DNA of 64,000 nucleotides, taken from assembly GCA_040264895.1 (NCBI GenBank), contig JBDQHL010000001.1, forward strand, positions 15,060 through 79,059. Reading direction: 5' to 3'. This DNA comes from Bacteroidota bacterium (GTDB lineage: Bacteria > Bacteroidota > Ignavibacteria > Kapaibacteriales > UBA2268). The position numbers were made by a program, and so were the translations under genes. The notes under the pieces are model-generated. The model saw nothing but the letters and a program-made list of their open reading frames with translations, was not told where the DNA came from and ran no database searches. This document shows, one piece after another, positions 1-10,369 of this stretch (the stretch's first letter is position 1; each line of letters opens with the position of its first letter).

Positions 1-554
1 CTAGCAGCACCAATTTTAGTACAAGTAGATAGTAGAGCCGCAGTTTTATCAGATATTATTCTGTAATAAACTTCTTCAGTAATTTTCTTCGTTTTAATGA
101 CTTCTATAGCTTGTAGCTCTCCCTCACTCATTCTTTTTACAGCTTTACTGGTGTAATCAAGGAAACTTGTTTCGTTATTTTCAGAGGCAATTATAAGTCC
201 CTTGGATAGTAAATAGTCTCCGACCAATACAGCAATTTTATTATTCCACTTGTAGTTTATTGAGAGCAATCCACGTCTTGTTTCAGCTCTATCAACTACA
301 TCATCGTGAACCAAAGTAGCTGTATGTAGTAACTCTACCATAGCTCCACCGATAAAAGTTCTTTGGTTTATCTCTCCCAATGCCTTAGCGGTGTGAAATA
401 CAAGATTAGGTCTTATTCGTTTTCCTTTCTTTTTCGTGAGGTAACGTAACACTATATCAAGAAGAGCAACATCCGTTTTCATCAGCCCTTTGAAATAGCT
501 GTCAAACTCGTCTAACTCATCCTTTATTGGCCTGCTTATTTCTTTTAAGCTCAT
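1..554 (-). CDS. trans-polyprenyl diphosphate synthase (IspB-like), N-terminal ~184 aa; the 3' end runs off the window
   Basis: My own translation of the minus strand from the ATG at 552-554: MSLKEISRPIKDELDEFDSYF...KRIRPNLVFHTAKALG...VELLHTATLVHDDVVDRAETRRG. This carries the first Asp-rich motif of trans-prenyltransferases. It is absent from the ORF track because the ORF is open at the window edge. Confidence 0.85.
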   Translation of the reverse strand, partial: MSLKEISRPIKDELDEFDSYFKGLMKTDVALLDIVLRYLTKKKGKRIRPNLVFHTAKALGEINQRTFIGGAMVELLHTATLVHDDVVDRAETRRGLLSINYKWNNKIAVLVGDYLLSKGLIIASENNETSFLDYTSKAVKRMSEGELQAIEVIKTKKITEEVYYRIISDKTAALLSTCTKIGAA

Positions 555-1334
555 CTAGTCATTCTCTTCATTTTTATAGTATTTTTTTATTGAAACTGCT
601 GATATAATTATACTAATCTCATAAAGTATATATATCGGTGAAGCTACAATTAATTGATTGAACGGATCTGGACTTGGTGTCAATATTGCTGCAATAATTA
701 AGATAATAACTATAGCATGCCTCCTATACTTCTTCAAGAAGCGAGGAGTAAGCAAACCAAATCGAGACAAAACAAATGACACCATAGGCAATTCGAAAAA
801 CACACCTGCCGATAATATCATCAGCATCAGAAAGCCCCAGTAATCATTGATATCAATCAAATTCCTTATGTTATCAGTACCAAAATTGGCCGAAAATTCT
901 AGCATAGATGGAATCATAACCAAATATGAAAATGAAATTCCCGCCAAAAAACAGAACGTTGTAAAAAAAGTTATTCGCCTTGCCCAGCCACGTTCGGCAG
1001 CATATAGAGCGGGCTCTATAAATTTCCATATCTGATACAAAATAAATGGGAATGCTATAATCACTCCCGAAATCAAAATCACTTTAAAATAAAGCATTGG
1101 CTTACCAAATACTCTTAGGTTTTGTAAATCAAGGTTTGCTTCAATTGCTGGCTTCAGTAATATACCATTCATTAATGGCTCTATGAACACGCCCGCAATA
1201 GCAGAACCAATTATCACACTTATTATGATGTACATCAGACGCTTTCTGAGTTCATCTAAGTGATCCATCAGCCCCATGTCTCTGTCATTCGAATCAGCTT
1301 CAGGTTCAGTTCCTATTTGTTTTTGTTCGCTCAA
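555..1334 (-). CDS. tatC: twin-arginine translocase subunit TatC
   Basis: 259 aa polytopic membrane protein. It has the TatC-type N-terminus (MDHLDELRKRL) followed by about six hydrophobic segments. It abuts the downstream polyprenyl synthase gene. Confidence 0.9.
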   Translation of the reverse strand: MSEQKQIGTEPEADSNDRDMGLMDHLDELRKRLMYIIISVIIGSAIAGVFIEPLMNGILLKPAIEANLDLQNLRVFGKPMLYFKVILISGVIIAFPFILYQIWKFIEPALYAAERGWARRITFFTTFCFLAGISFSYLVMIPSMLEFSANFGTDNIRNLIDINDYWGFLMLMILSAGVFFELPMVSFVLSRFGLLTPRFLKKYRRHAIVIILIIAAILTPSPDPFNQLIVASPIYILYEISIIISAVSIKKYYKNEEND

Positions 1335-2351
1335 TTATCCTCTGTCACCATTCAAAAAAGCTTCACATTCTTCAACATCATATTTACTACCTAAGTACAG
1401 TGGACTGCGTTGGTGAATATCAGTCGGTTGAATATCCAAAATTCTTTCTTTACCATTTGTTGCTTTACCCCCAGCTTGCTCAACAAGCATAGCTAATGGG
1501 TTACACTCGTAAACTAATCTTAATTTACCGTTTGGTGAAGTGCTATCTTCTGGATAAGCAAATATACCACCGTACAGTAAGGTTCTATGAATATCCGCTA
1601 CTCCCGAGCCAATATACCTTGCAGAATATGGACGCATTCCGTCGTCTGATTTTTCTTTCAAATGAGCAATATACTTCTTAAACTCTGGATTCCATTTGTA
1701 GGTGTTTCCTTCATTCACAGAGTAATATTTTCCTCTCTCTGGTATTGTTATTCCTTCATAAGAAAGAATAAACTCACCAACCGTTGGGTCATATGTAAAA
1801 GCATTTACTCCATTCCCAGTTGTATAAACAAATACTGTACTACTTCCATACAGAGCATAACCAGATGCTACCTGCTTGTATCCTGGTTGCAATACATCTT
1901 TTTCATTACATTCATCAGAGTTAACTGTCACTCTTTTGTAAAGTCCAAATATAGTACCAATAGTTACATTTACATCTATGTTAGATGAACCATCGAGTGG
2001 GTCAAAAACCATAACATAATTGCCTTTTTCATACTTCTCTGGTATATGAATAAGATCTTCATTCTCTTCGGATGCCATTACTGCTAATTTGCCGGTGTGG
2101 TTCAGAGAGTTAATAATTATTTCATTTGCTAGAACATCTAACTTTTTTACTTGCTCACCATGTACATTGGTTGTGTTAGTCATACCAATAATATCATTTA
2201 TTCCTGCTCTACGTACTTCCCTTGCTATCAGTCTCACTGCAAAAGTTATATCATGCATAAATGAAGTAAATTCACCAGAAGCATCAGGATGCAAATTTTC
2301 TTGCTTTGTAATGAAATTATCAAGTGTTATAAACCGAGATACCTTAATCAT
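1335..2351 (-). CDS. fbp: fructose-1,6-bisphosphatase class I
   Basis: 338 aa. The metal-binding motif FDPLDGSSNID and the ARYIGSGVADIHRTLLYGGIF region are typical of class I FBPase. Confidence 0.95.
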   Translation of the reverse strand: MIKVSRFITLDNFITKQENLHPDASGEFTSFMHDITFAVRLIAREVRRAGINDIIGMTNTTNVHGEQVKKLDVLANEIIINSLNHTGKLAVMASEENEDLIHIPEKYEKGNYVMVFDPLDGSSNIDVNVTIGTIFGLYKRVTVNSDECNEKDVLQPGYKQVASGYALYGSSTVFVYTTGNGVNAFTYDPTVGEFILSYEGITIPERGKYYSVNEGNTYKWNPEFKKYIAHLKEKSDDGMRPYSARYIGSGVADIHRTLLYGGIFAYPEDSTSPNGKLRLVYECNPLAMLVEQAGGKATNGKERILDIQPTDIHQRSPLYLGSKYDVEECEAFLNGDRG

Positions 2352-2448
2352 ATCTGTTTTCGTTTTTATGTATAAATAAACTCGAAAGTTAACCTTATTT
2401 CATTTCTAAAACAATAGCAAATAATTTAGCTTAAGAGTCCGTGTAGCG

Positions 2449-2772
2449 CTAGTTTTTTCCTTCTAGTTTGTTTAGATATTTCTTGTCAGTGTAGAATGTT
2501 CCAAATGGCAACAAAGAAGCCAGAAATAGAATTAAATTTGTGCGTAAACTTGTTCCAAATTGATTTCTAATGACTAATACACCAAACACATAAGCAACAA
2601 AAAGGAAGCCGTGAGCCATTCCAACTATGTAGTTAGGCAATGGCATATCCAACATATATTTCAGAGGCATTGTTACTCCAAAAAGTAGCAAGTAACTAAT
2701 CCCCTCCAATATTCCAACCGTTCTAAATCGTTTTAGATTTTTGTACTTATGCTCTTTATCCAACAGCCCCAT
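2449..2772 (-). CDS. DUF3817-type small integral membrane protein
   Basis: 107 aa with 3-4 TM segments. The pattern FRTVGILEGISYLLLFGVTMPLKY...GMAHGFLFVAY matches my memory of the DUF3817 family. Confidence 0.65.
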   Translation of the reverse strand: MGLLDKEHKYKNLKRFRTVGILEGISYLLLFGVTMPLKYMLDMPLPNYIVGMAHGFLFVAYVFGVLVIRNQFGTSLRTNLILFLASLLPFGTFYTDKKYLNKLEGKN

Positions 2773-2849
2773 AGTAAGCTCAGATTTATTTATATATTTG
2801 TAGATATTACGTTGTATTATATCAACTATTGCTGTTTATAGGAAAGTAA

Positions 2850-3743
2850 ATGACCGAAAAAAGAAAAACAATTTTGATTACTGGTGCTACCGGAAATGTT
2901 GGAAGACAAGTAGTCAAATCATTGACAAATATAGTCTCTGAAAGAGATATAAGCATTCATATTATTATTGCCGATAGAAATGTAGAACAAGCACGAAAAG
3001 AATTCCAAAACTCACATGATTTGGGATATATATTGTTTGATTTTAGTGATCCTGGCACTTTCGAAAAATCTATGATCAATGTAGATATTATGTTTTTGCT
3101 AAGACCACCTCAAATATCAGAAGTTGACAAATATTTCCGACAATTTTTTGATGAAGCCAAAAGCAAGGGAATAAGAAAAATTGTATTCTTATCGGTACAA
3201 GGGGCTGACAAGAGTAAGGTAATACCTCACAACAAGATAGAGTTGCTGATAAAAGAATATGAGTTTGAATACATATTTGTAAGGCCCAGTTATTTTATGC
3301 AAAACCTAACTACCACATTGCTTAATGAAATAAAGACCAGAAGTACAATTACATTACCCTCTGGCAGTGCTAAATTCAATTGGATTGATGCCAGGGATAT
3401 TGGCAAGTGCATAGCAGAGCTAATTACATCATTTGACAATTATTCTAACAAGGAGATAACTATAACAGGCGAAGAGAACTTAGACTATTCTGCAGTTGCT
3501 TTATATTTGAGCAAAGAGTTAGGAAGAGAGATAACTTTCAGAAGCATTAATCCAATAAGTTTCTATTTTTTGAAGAGAAAACAAGGTCTGAGTAGCGGGT
3601 TCGCAATTGTTATGACCATACTGCACTTTTTACCTCGTTTGCAAAGCGAACCTGAAATAACGTCAAACATCAAGAAAATCACTGGGAAAGAGCCAACTAA
3701 GTTAAAAGAATTTATCGAAAGAGAGAAAGCACAATTTATGTAG
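2850..3743 (+). CDS. NmrA-like / atypical SDR NAD(P)H-binding protein
   Basis: 297 aa with an N-terminal Rossmann motif ILITGATGNVGRQVV. It lacks the classical YxxxK context, as in NmrA-type proteins. Confidence 0.7.
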   Translation: MTEKRKTILITGATGNVGRQVVKSLTNIVSERDISIHIIIADRNVEQARKEFQNSHDLGYILFDFSDPGTFEKSMINVDIMFLLRPPQISEVDKYFRQFFDEAKSKGIRKIVFLSVQGADKSKVIPHNKIELLIKEYEFEYIFVRPSYFMQNLTTTLLNEIKTRSTITLPSGSAKFNWIDARDIGKCIAELITSFDNYSNKEITITGEENLDYSAVALYLSKELGREITFRSINPISFYFLKRKQGLSSGFAIVMTILHFLPRLQSEPEITSNIKKITGKEPTKLKEFIEREKAQFM

Positions 3744-3827
3744 ATGCACAAAATAATGTAAAATTGTTTGTGTCCTTAAGCGTCCCAAGAAAGTTATTAA
3801 AATACAAGAAAATAAATTGGAGGGAGT

Positions 3828-5234
3828 TTGACTACTCCTACAAAAGTAAAAAACAAAGCAAAATTCACAACAGGAAATGTTGGCAAGCAACTCCTCTACG
3901 GTGCTATACCCATGACTGCAGGTATTGGTGCTGCCATTACATTTAACTTCGTAGATACAGTATTTATAGCAAAACTGGGCGTTAAGCAATTAGCGGCTAT
4001 TACGTATACTTTCCCTATGGTCTTTGTGATTATTGGTATAGCTATGGGGCTAGGACTTGGTGCTACTGCAGTGATTTCCAAAGCAATTGGCGAGGGCGAT
4101 GAGCACAGAGTAAAGAGATTAGCGACTGATTCAATTGTCTTGGCTCTGATAGTAACAGCAATAACAATTGTAATAGGTTTAGTTTTCTTAGAGCCCTTGT
4201 TCACAGCTATGGGCGCCGACGAAACCACCTTACCATACATAAAAGAATATATGTATATATGGCTGCCAGGGACTATATTCCTGATAGTGCCAATGGTAGG
4301 GAACTATGCTATTAGGGCTACGGGAGACATAAAGACTCCAAGCTATATAATGCTCATTGCTGTATCAATAAACATAGTTTTAGACCCCATATTCATATTT
4401 GGATTTGGACCTATTCCTGCTTTTGGGATTCAGGGGGCTGCCATGGCAACTCTAATTGGTAGGTTGGCTACCTTAATTATTGCATTCAGGATACTGTATT
4501 ACAAATATGATATGATAACTTTCACTAGGCCTCCTCTGGCGGATGTATTCAAGTCTTGGAAGGAAATTCTATATGTAGGGTTACCAACAGCAGGTAGTAA
4601 TATAATATTACCAGCTGGCTTTGGTATCATTATTGATTTTACTTCTGAGTATGGTGATGCCGCTGTTGCAGCTCTTGGAGCAGCATCACGTATAGAGTCA
4701 TTAGTAATGACCGTATTTATGGCTACTGCTACTGTTCTTAGCCCATTCATTGGACAGAACTGGGGTGCATTGAAATTTGACAGAATTGACAAGGCATTCA
4801 AATTAGTGTTGACTTTTTGCTTCGTTTGGGGAGCAGCTATGATAGGATTCTTTGAGCTATTCAAAGAGCCAATATCTATGTTCGTTAAGTCAGATCTGGA
4901 AGTAGTTAGGGTAATGGTACTTTATTTAAGCATAACCCCATTCTCACTTGCATTCCGTGGAGTTCTTATGATTTCCACTAGCGCTTTGAATGTGTTGAAC
5001 AGGCCACTAGAATCAGCAGCTTTAACTACAAGCTATATGTTTGTGTTCTTTGTCCCACTGGCTTACTTTGGCTCTCAGTATTACGGGCTACCAGGTATTT
5101 TTTGGTCACTCGTTATAGGTGCGGTCTCTACTTCTATATTTGCCTACTTAACCTTAAAATATAGATACAAGCAAACAAAAGAAAAAGGTGCAATTCTAAT
5201 TGCAGAGCGTGTTGCTAAGGAATCTATGGCTTAA
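3828..5234 (+). CDS. MATE family efflux transporter
   Basis: 468 aa with about 12 TM segments. The N-terminus has the MATE-like pattern LLYGAIPMTAGIGAAITFNFVDTVFIAKLG. The exact start codon is uncertain. Confidence 0.85.
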   Translation: MTTPTKVKNKAKFTTGNVGKQLLYGAIPMTAGIGAAITFNFVDTVFIAKLGVKQLAAITYTFPMVFVIIGIAMGLGLGATAVISKAIGEGDEHRVKRLATDSIVLALIVTAITIVIGLVFLEPLFTAMGADETTLPYIKEYMYIWLPGTIFLIVPMVGNYAIRATGDIKTPSYIMLIAVSINIVLDPIFIFGFGPIPAFGIQGAAMATLIGRLATLIIAFRILYYKYDMITFTRPPLADVFKSWKEILYVGLPTAGSNIILPAGFGIIIDFTSEYGDAAVAALGAASRIESLVMTVFMATATVLSPFIGQNWGALKFDRIDKAFKLVLTFCFVWGAAMIGFFELFKEPISMFVKSDLEVVRVMVLYLSITPFSLAFRGVLMISTSALNVLNRPLESAALTTSYMFVFFVPLAYFGSQYYGLPGIFWSLVIGAVSTSIFAYLTLKYRYKQTKEKGAILIAERVAKESMA

Positions 5235-5240
5235 AAAAAT

Positions 5241-5264
5241 CCTCACTTCCATTTGAAAGTGAGG
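5241..5264 (-). terminator. intrinsic terminator hairpin downstream of mscL, overlapping the 3' end region of the MATE gene
   Basis: 8-bp stem cctcactt (5241-5248) / aagtgagg (5257-5264). On the minus strand it is followed by a T-run (complement of aaaaaaa at 5233-5239). Confidence 0.55.
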
Positions 5265-5300
5265 GTGCATAAACTCTTTTGATTATAAAATCAAACTATA

Positions 5301-5732
5301 TTACTTCTTCAATAAATCTCTTATTTCAGTAAGTAATACTTCTTCCTTGCTCGGCTCAGGTGGAGCAGCAGGAGCTTCCTCTTCTTTCTTTTTCATATTC
5401 ATAAACATTCTTATCATCATAAATATAGCAAACGCTATAATCACAAAATCGACCATTGTTTGTATGAAGCTACCATAGTAAATAGCAACTTCTGGCACTG
5501 CAGCCACGGCTTCGCCAGCAGCGTTAGTTGTCTCAGCCATTCCGTCTTTTAGTATTATTTTCAAGTCGCTAAACTTGACCCCACCCATAAACATACCTAT
5601 TGGTGGCATAATAATATCTTTGACAAAAGAACTAACTATCTTACCAAAGGCACCACCAATTATGATACCTACGGCCATATCTACTACGTTTCCACGCTGA
5701 ATAAACGCTTTAAAATCATTCATCATAAGCAC
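5301..5732 (-). CDS. mscL: large-conductance mechanosensitive channel
   Basis: 143 aa. The N-terminus [40 protein letters not shown] is the canonical MscL TM1 region. Confidence 0.92.
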   Translation of the reverse strand: MLMMNDFKAFIQRGNVVDMAVGIIIGGAFGKIVSSFVKDIIMPPIGMFMGGVKFSDLKIILKDGMAETTNAAGEAVAAVPEVAIYYGSFIQTMVDFVIIAFAIFMMIRMFMNMKKKEEEAPAAPPEPSKEEVLLTEIRDLLKK

Positions 5733-5918
5733 AATTCTCCTTGAAATGAAACATTAATAATATTTCAACATAACTGTTTTTGTGATATGACCTAAAAAAA
5801 TATTAATCAAATAATTCAATATTTAGATTTTTAAAGTTTATATTTGTCATTCTTTCCTCTAGAGCATATATTAGTTTAGATTTATGGATTTCTAGTAAAA
5901 AGTATTTAGCTTTCAATT

Positions 5919-6194
5919 ATGGCAAAAAGAAATATAAAGATAAACGTGGGTGGCAAAGTTCAAGGTGTGTTTTATAGAAAATCCACCAAAGATAAAGCTG
6001 ATAAACTAAATATAGTTGGTTCTGTTCGCAACAATCCTGATGGCAGTGTTACTATTATTGCTCAGGGGAACATCGAAGATATAAATGAACTAATCAATTG
6101 GTGCAAAATCGGGCCAGATGAAGCAGAAGTTACCTGTTTAACCACAGAAGAATTAGAAATAGTAAACAGCAGCCAATTCACTATTGAAAATTAA
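5919..6194 (+). CDS. acyP: acylphosphatase
   Basis: 91 aa with the signature VQGVFYR and GSVRNNPDGSV. Confidence 0.85.
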   Translation: MAKRNIKINVGGKVQGVFYRKSTKDKADKLNIVGSVRNNPDGSVTIIAQGNIEDINELINWCKIGPDEAEVTCLTTEELEIVNSSQFTIEN

Positions 6195-6242
6195 AATCCT
6201 CTTAATTCCAACAAATTGGCCTTTATTCTCTTTACCTATTAA

Positions 6243-6380
6243 ATGAAATTTTTGCTACCACTTGCTCATACATTGTTCCATAATGTAGAAGTTGATATGG
6301 AAATACCTGAGAATCTATATAAAGCAGTTGCTCAGTTACTTGCTTATGTATTCTCTTTGAAAGGCAAGAACGTAAGCTAA
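6243..6380 (+). pseudogene. 45-codon remnant resembling the C-terminal end of an FlhB/YlqH (EscU/YscU family) protein
   Basis: My own translation: MKFLLPLAHTLFHNVEVDMEIPENLYKAVAQLLAYVFSLKGKNVS. It resembles the conserved FlhB C-terminal block (PLARALY..VE.G.EIPEELY.AVAEVLAYVY.LK). A stop codon (6240-6242) lies immediately upstream, and no N-terminal half is visible in any frame. Confidence 0.4.
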
Positions 6381-6506
6381 CAACCCAAACCTTCTGGTAA
6401 TTCGAGACTTTTTAAAATACGCCACAACCTGAATCGTTATTAAGAGTAAAAGGACACGGAAATATAGTGCAAACGATTGTTTAATATAATTGATAGGAGA
6501 TATATC

Positions 6507-6701
6507 ATGGATAAGTTAAAAATTAAAGGAATTTGGAACGAGCTAAAAGGCAAATTGAAACAAGAATACGCTGAATTAACTGACAATGATTTACAATATG
6601 CAGAAGGAAAAGAAGATGAGTTGTTAGGTAAAATCCAGCAAAAAGTTGGCGAAACTAAAGAGCAAATCAATAATAAAATTAACAGCTTTCAATCAAACTA
6701 A
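6507..6701 (+). CDS. CsbD-family general stress protein
   Basis: [54 protein letters not shown] is a typical CsbD fold sequence. The ATG at 6507 follows an aggaga RBS, so I prefer it to the track start at 6477. Confidence 0.8.
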   Translation: MDKLKIKGIWNELKGKLKQEYAELTDNDLQYAEGKEDELLGKIQQKVGETKEQINNKINSFQSN

Positions 6702-6720
6702 GATTTGAAAGTAGTAAGAA

Positions 6721-6755
6721 AAAAAAAGGCATCTTAATTTAAGATGCCTTTTTTT
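6721..6755. terminator. bidirectional intrinsic terminator between convergent genes
   Basis: Stem ggcatctt (6728-6735) / aagatgcc (6741-6748), loop aattt. An A7 run lies upstream and a T7 run downstream. Confidence 0.8.
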
Positions 6756-6779
6756 ATATCTAATTCTTAATAATAGTTG

Positions 6780-7226
6780 TTACACTATGCCACGACTAAA
6801 ACCAAGTCCTAATACCATCAGTGCTATAGCTAGCAGTAGCATTAGCCAAATAAATGGTGATACAGAACATGGATTATCGTCGGCAGCTGCCTTAAGTTTC
6901 TTCTTGAATATAACGAATACTACCATACTAACTATTATTAGTACCAGTTTCCACAAGAAAAGTACCGCACCATGATTACTAAAGTCAAAAAGCCCTTTCA
7001 TACCACCAACATATATCATAGCTAATCTGAAGCCAGTTAAAAACTGAATTGTTATAGCTATCATTCCTAATATATGAAATGAACTTTCGAAGCTTCTGGT
7101 TCTAGCTATACTACCTTCTTTTCTTGCTTTTGGAACTACACCAATTGCAAAAATCATCAGACCACCTAACCAAACCGAAGCACCTAGTATATGCAAAATT
7201 AGTAACGTTATTTGTTCAGCACCCAT
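6780..7226 (-). CDS. CopD-like integral membrane protein (putative)
   Basis: 148 aa with 4 TM segments. The N-terminal motif LHILGASVWLGGLM resembles CopD/YcnJ-type proteins. This is a family-level guess only. Confidence 0.45.
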   Translation of the reverse strand: MGAEQITLLILHILGASVWLGGLMIFAIGVVPKARKEGSIARTRSFESSFHILGMIAITIQFLTGFRLAMIYVGGMKGLFDFSNHGAVLFLWKLVLIIVSMVVFVIFKKKLKAAADDNPCSVSPFIWLMLLLAIALMVLGLGFSRGIV

Positions 7227-7275
7227 GTTATTCTCCTAATCTATAAATTATTTTCATTCAGTTTATACGTGACTA

Positions 7276-7521
7276 ATGGTAAACTATTTGTCCATTTTGT
7301 CCGTATATATAAGTACAATGATACCAAAATTACGACATATAGGCATTTATTTATTAGTAGCTAGCACACTTAGTGGGCTTTTAGCTATAGCTCTCCACGT
7401 GGATATTTCATTTCTAATTCCACTATTCATTATTGCTGTGTTACTTATCTTTATTGATGATAAACACATAGATGATATGATAAAAAAAGTAAAGCCAATC
7501 AAAATCAGGAAAGATGATTAG
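7276..7521 (+). CDS. hypothetical small membrane protein
   Basis: 81 aa ORF with two hydrophobic segments. No recognisable motif. Confidence 0.35.
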   Translation: MVNYLSILSVYISTMIPKLRHIGIYLLVASTLSGLLAIALHVDISFLIPLFIIAVLLIFIDDKHIDDMIKKVKPIKIRKDD

Positions 7522-7742
7522 TAATTTTTTCTATCATATTTACAATAGAGAATCAAAAACTTTAGTTGATTCTTTTTTGATTCTATTGTCGCCACTCCTA
7601 TTAGGCAAACGCCACAAAGCGCACCCCAAAAATAATCTCCAAACTCTCCACCATTAAAAAATATATAAACTGATGACAGTATTGCCAAATCGCCCAATAT
7701 TATCAATGTCCAGTAAAGACCTTTGCTCATTAGTCCCCTCAA
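7518..7742 (-). CDS. hypothetical small membrane protein
   Basis: 74 aa ORF with two hydrophobic segments. No recognisable motif. Confidence 0.35.
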   Translation of the reverse strand: MRGLMSKGLYWTLIILGDLAILSSVYIFFNGGEFGDYFWGALCGVCLIGVATIESKKNQLKFLILYCKYDRKNY

Positions 7743-7986
7743 CTATAATTATTTTATTACAAACAAATTAATTAAGTTATAAATATAACAAATCGGTAGT
7801 GACTTATAAAACAAAATAATTTCAGCTATGCAATAAGAGAGGTATCACTTGTAGTGGTGCTTTATCTAATATTTGTCAATATTTCCCTTCTGCTATCATT
7901 TGATTCTATTTCGATTGAAATAGCAATTGCGATAGTATTAACTTTTATTGCCAGATTTGCTTTGTATATGTACGAGAAAGAGGAAT

Positions 7987-8021
7987 AAAAAAAGCTCAGC
8001 CATATTGGTTGAGCTTTTTTT
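7987..8021. terminator. bidirectional intrinsic terminator, serving the minus-strand gene that ends at 8045
   Basis: Stem agctcagcc (7993-8001) / ggttgagct (8007-8015) with one G-U pair. It is flanked by an A-run and a T-run. Confidence 0.7.
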
Positions 8022-8044
8022 ATTTTTTAAATATTTACTAATGT

Positions 8045-10369
8045 TTATTTTTTGATAAACTCAGCATATTGAACACCAGTATCACTTTCTATCATTACAA
8101 AGTAAGTACCAGTAGTCAAATCAGAAACATTTATTCTGCTATCATTTTGATTTATTAACCTAATGCTATTACCAGCTAAATCTAACAACCTTAATTTCTT
8201 ATTCGGTATGTCTTCTATACCTTCTATTGTTATATAATCAACTGTTGGGTTAGGGTAAACATTAATCTTTTCATAACCAGATAGCTCAAAAATACCAGTT
8301 GCGTTTTGGAATGTTAACCAGTCCATAATGCTTTTGAATATATCAGCTCTTTGCGTTTGATCAGTAATATTGAACATATTTATACCCATTACAAAAGAAC
8401 GGCTATTACCATTATCATGACGGACAGCTATTGAGCTATCTTCCGAATTTGACTGGTAAAATACAGCATGCGCATCTTCACCTGTCGGTAATATGTTTGC
8501 TGCTGGAAATGCATTTTGTCCTGAGTTGTATATAGTAAGTACACCACTGACAGTTGGGAAATTACCAGATACAGGATCGGCACTAGCACCATTAAAGGTA
8601 TATGAGCCACCAGTAGCAAAACCAGCATAAAGAGGTCCTGCATAGTTAGCTCCGTATGCCTCTAAGTTGAATGGACTTTCAATTCCTGCTCTAGGAATTG
8701 GACCATCGCCAAGTAAAAATATATTTGTTCCATTTTCTCTTAGTATATCGAACTTTGTATATTCATGCGCATTCAGTGTACCAAAAGCACCAGAGTTCCA
8801 TATTAGTGTTTCTATTCCAGTTGCTCTTATTGCAAATTTTCTAAAATCTTCACCTTCAATATCAATATGATTTTCATAGTTTGTTGTGTTTAATAGAGGT
8901 GTCAATTCTGCTAAACTAGCATTCTGAGGAGCTCCATCATAAACATTAACTAATGGTATAGTATTCGTACCACCCAGGAAGTTGCTATTAACAGTCATTT
9001 CATCTTCGCCAGTCAGACTAGCCATTACTTCCACATTATAAATACCATTACCAGAAACGCTTGAAATACTAACTGGAATCTCTATCATTCCGCCAGGTTG
9101 AATTTCTACAGGAACAATTGTTTCAGGTGTGGTTGCTGAACCAGAAAGACCTTCCGATTCACTTGCATATAAGCTAGAAAATTGAGCTGTAACATTGTTC
9201 ACTGTCATTACCGTTTCGGTACTGTTTGTAATAGTAAACATTGCTGTTCCTTCATTCATCTGGTCTAAGTTTAAAAAAGGAGTATCGATAGAATAGTTCA
9301 TTCCAGTACCACCCTCTAACTTCACAACTTCATTCGACAGATTATCTACGTAGTAAATGTCTCCATTTGGATCGAACTTAACTCCCATTATACTATTTGC
9401 TCCTGTCTGGACTCTTGTAATTTCTTCAAATGTTTTCGAATCAAATACTATAATTTCTCCAGTAGCGTTATCACTTACAATCATATAATTTTTATTAATG
9501 TCGATACCCGATGGGTTTACTAACCCTTCATCTACAACCATTTCCCAGTCACCATCATTCATTTCATTAAATATAGCAAGTGGCTCATTGCCGTTAGCAG
9601 TGTTTGATAAACTTCTACCAATACTACCTGTTAGAATATCTAATCTGTTTACAGAGTTAGTTCCTGGGTTTATGTAGTAAAGATAATTATCCAACATTTC
9701 CATGTGTGCAGGAACCCCTGGGTTCATTTCATATGGAACATCAACATATCTAAATACTTGAGCATCACCATGATTAGAACCACCTGGAGGGTGAGCTTCT
9801 TCGAATTTGTACCTTGCTATAGATTTGGTAGCACCTTCGTTCACCCAAAATGTGTTTTCTGACTCGTAAGCAATACCACTACTATAAGGACTTTGGTGAA
9901 CCATGTCATAGTGGCTACCATTTACTCCACCCGAAGGAGGTGTTCCCACTCTAGCATAGATATCAAGGTCTGATGGCCACATAGATGGACCACACCAAGC
10001 TCCGAAAGTAGCTCTGTTTGCATTGAAATAATTGTGAGTAGTTGCCCATACAGTATCACCAAATGCTAATGCATCAGCAAAAACCATAAAGTGCCAAGCA
10101 TTACCATCTTTTCTGTAGTCATATGCTACGTCATCGGTGCCTGCATCTGTAATCATTACAGTCGTACCACCGTTTTCGCCACCATGATTTAGAATCCAAA
10201 GTTGGTTCATGTCCTGAGGATTGAAGTCCAAATCGGTTGGTCTATCAATCTGATTTGAGCTGTTCGCAATTATTTTTTTATTGATTTTACCGTCAATTAT
10301 GTCTTCAGTTGATGCCGTTAGGCAAATTGCAGACATCAAGAATATACTTAGTAGAAATTTAAACTTCAT
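8045..10369 (-). CDS. secreted protein with a T9SS C-terminal sorting domain; the N-terminal part looks like a beta-propeller
   Basis: 774 aa with a signal peptide (MKFKFLLSIFLMSAICLTAS). The C-terminal ~80 aa are INVYPNPTVDYITIEG...LRLLDLAGNSIRL...GTYFVMIESDTGVQYAEFIKK, the type A CTD pattern. Confidence 0.8.
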   Translation of the reverse strand: MKFKFLLSIFLMSAICLTASTEDIIDGKINKKIIANSSNQIDRPTDLDFNPQDMNQLWILNHGGENGGTTVMITDAGTDDVAYDYRKDGNAWHFMVFADALAFGDTVWATTHNYFNANRATFGAWCGPSMWPSDLDIYARVGTPPSGGVNGSHYDMVHQSPYSSGIAYESENTFWVNEGATKSIARYKFEEAHPPGGSNHGDAQVFRYVDVPYEMNPGVPAHMEMLDNYLYYINPGTNSVNRLDILTGSIGRSLSNTANGNEPLAIFNEMNDGDWEMVVDEGLVNPSGIDINKNYMIVSDNATGEIIVFDSKTFEEITRVQTGANSIMGVKFDPNGDIYYVDNLSNEVVKLEGGTGMNYSIDTPFLNLDQMNEGTAMFTITNSTETVMTVNNVTAQFSSLYASESEGLSGSATTPETIVPVEIQPGGMIEIPVSISSVSGNGIYNVEVMASLTGEDEMTVNSNFLGGTNTIPLVNVYDGAPQNASLAELTPLLNTTNYENHIDIEGEDFRKFAIRATGIETLIWNSGAFGTLNAHEYTKFDILRENGTNIFLLGDGPIPRAGIESPFNLEAYGANYAGPLYAGFATGGSYTFNGASADPVSGNFPTVSGVLTIYNSGQNAFPAANILPTGEDAHAVFYQSNSEDSSIAVRHDNGNSRSFVMGINMFNITDQTQRADIFKSIMDWLTFQNATGIFELSGYEKINVYPNPTVDYITIEGIEDIPNKKLRLLDLAGNSIRLINQNDSRINVSDLTTGTYFVMIESDTGVQYAEFIKK

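Noticed and set aside
3702-3989. ORFs 3702-3989 (minus) and 3764-3946 (plus) in the gap before the MATE gene.
   Set aside because: Both overlap each other and the MATE 5' region. Their Cys- and Phe-rich translations have no motifs. The region is better explained as promoter and 5' sequence of the MATE gene.
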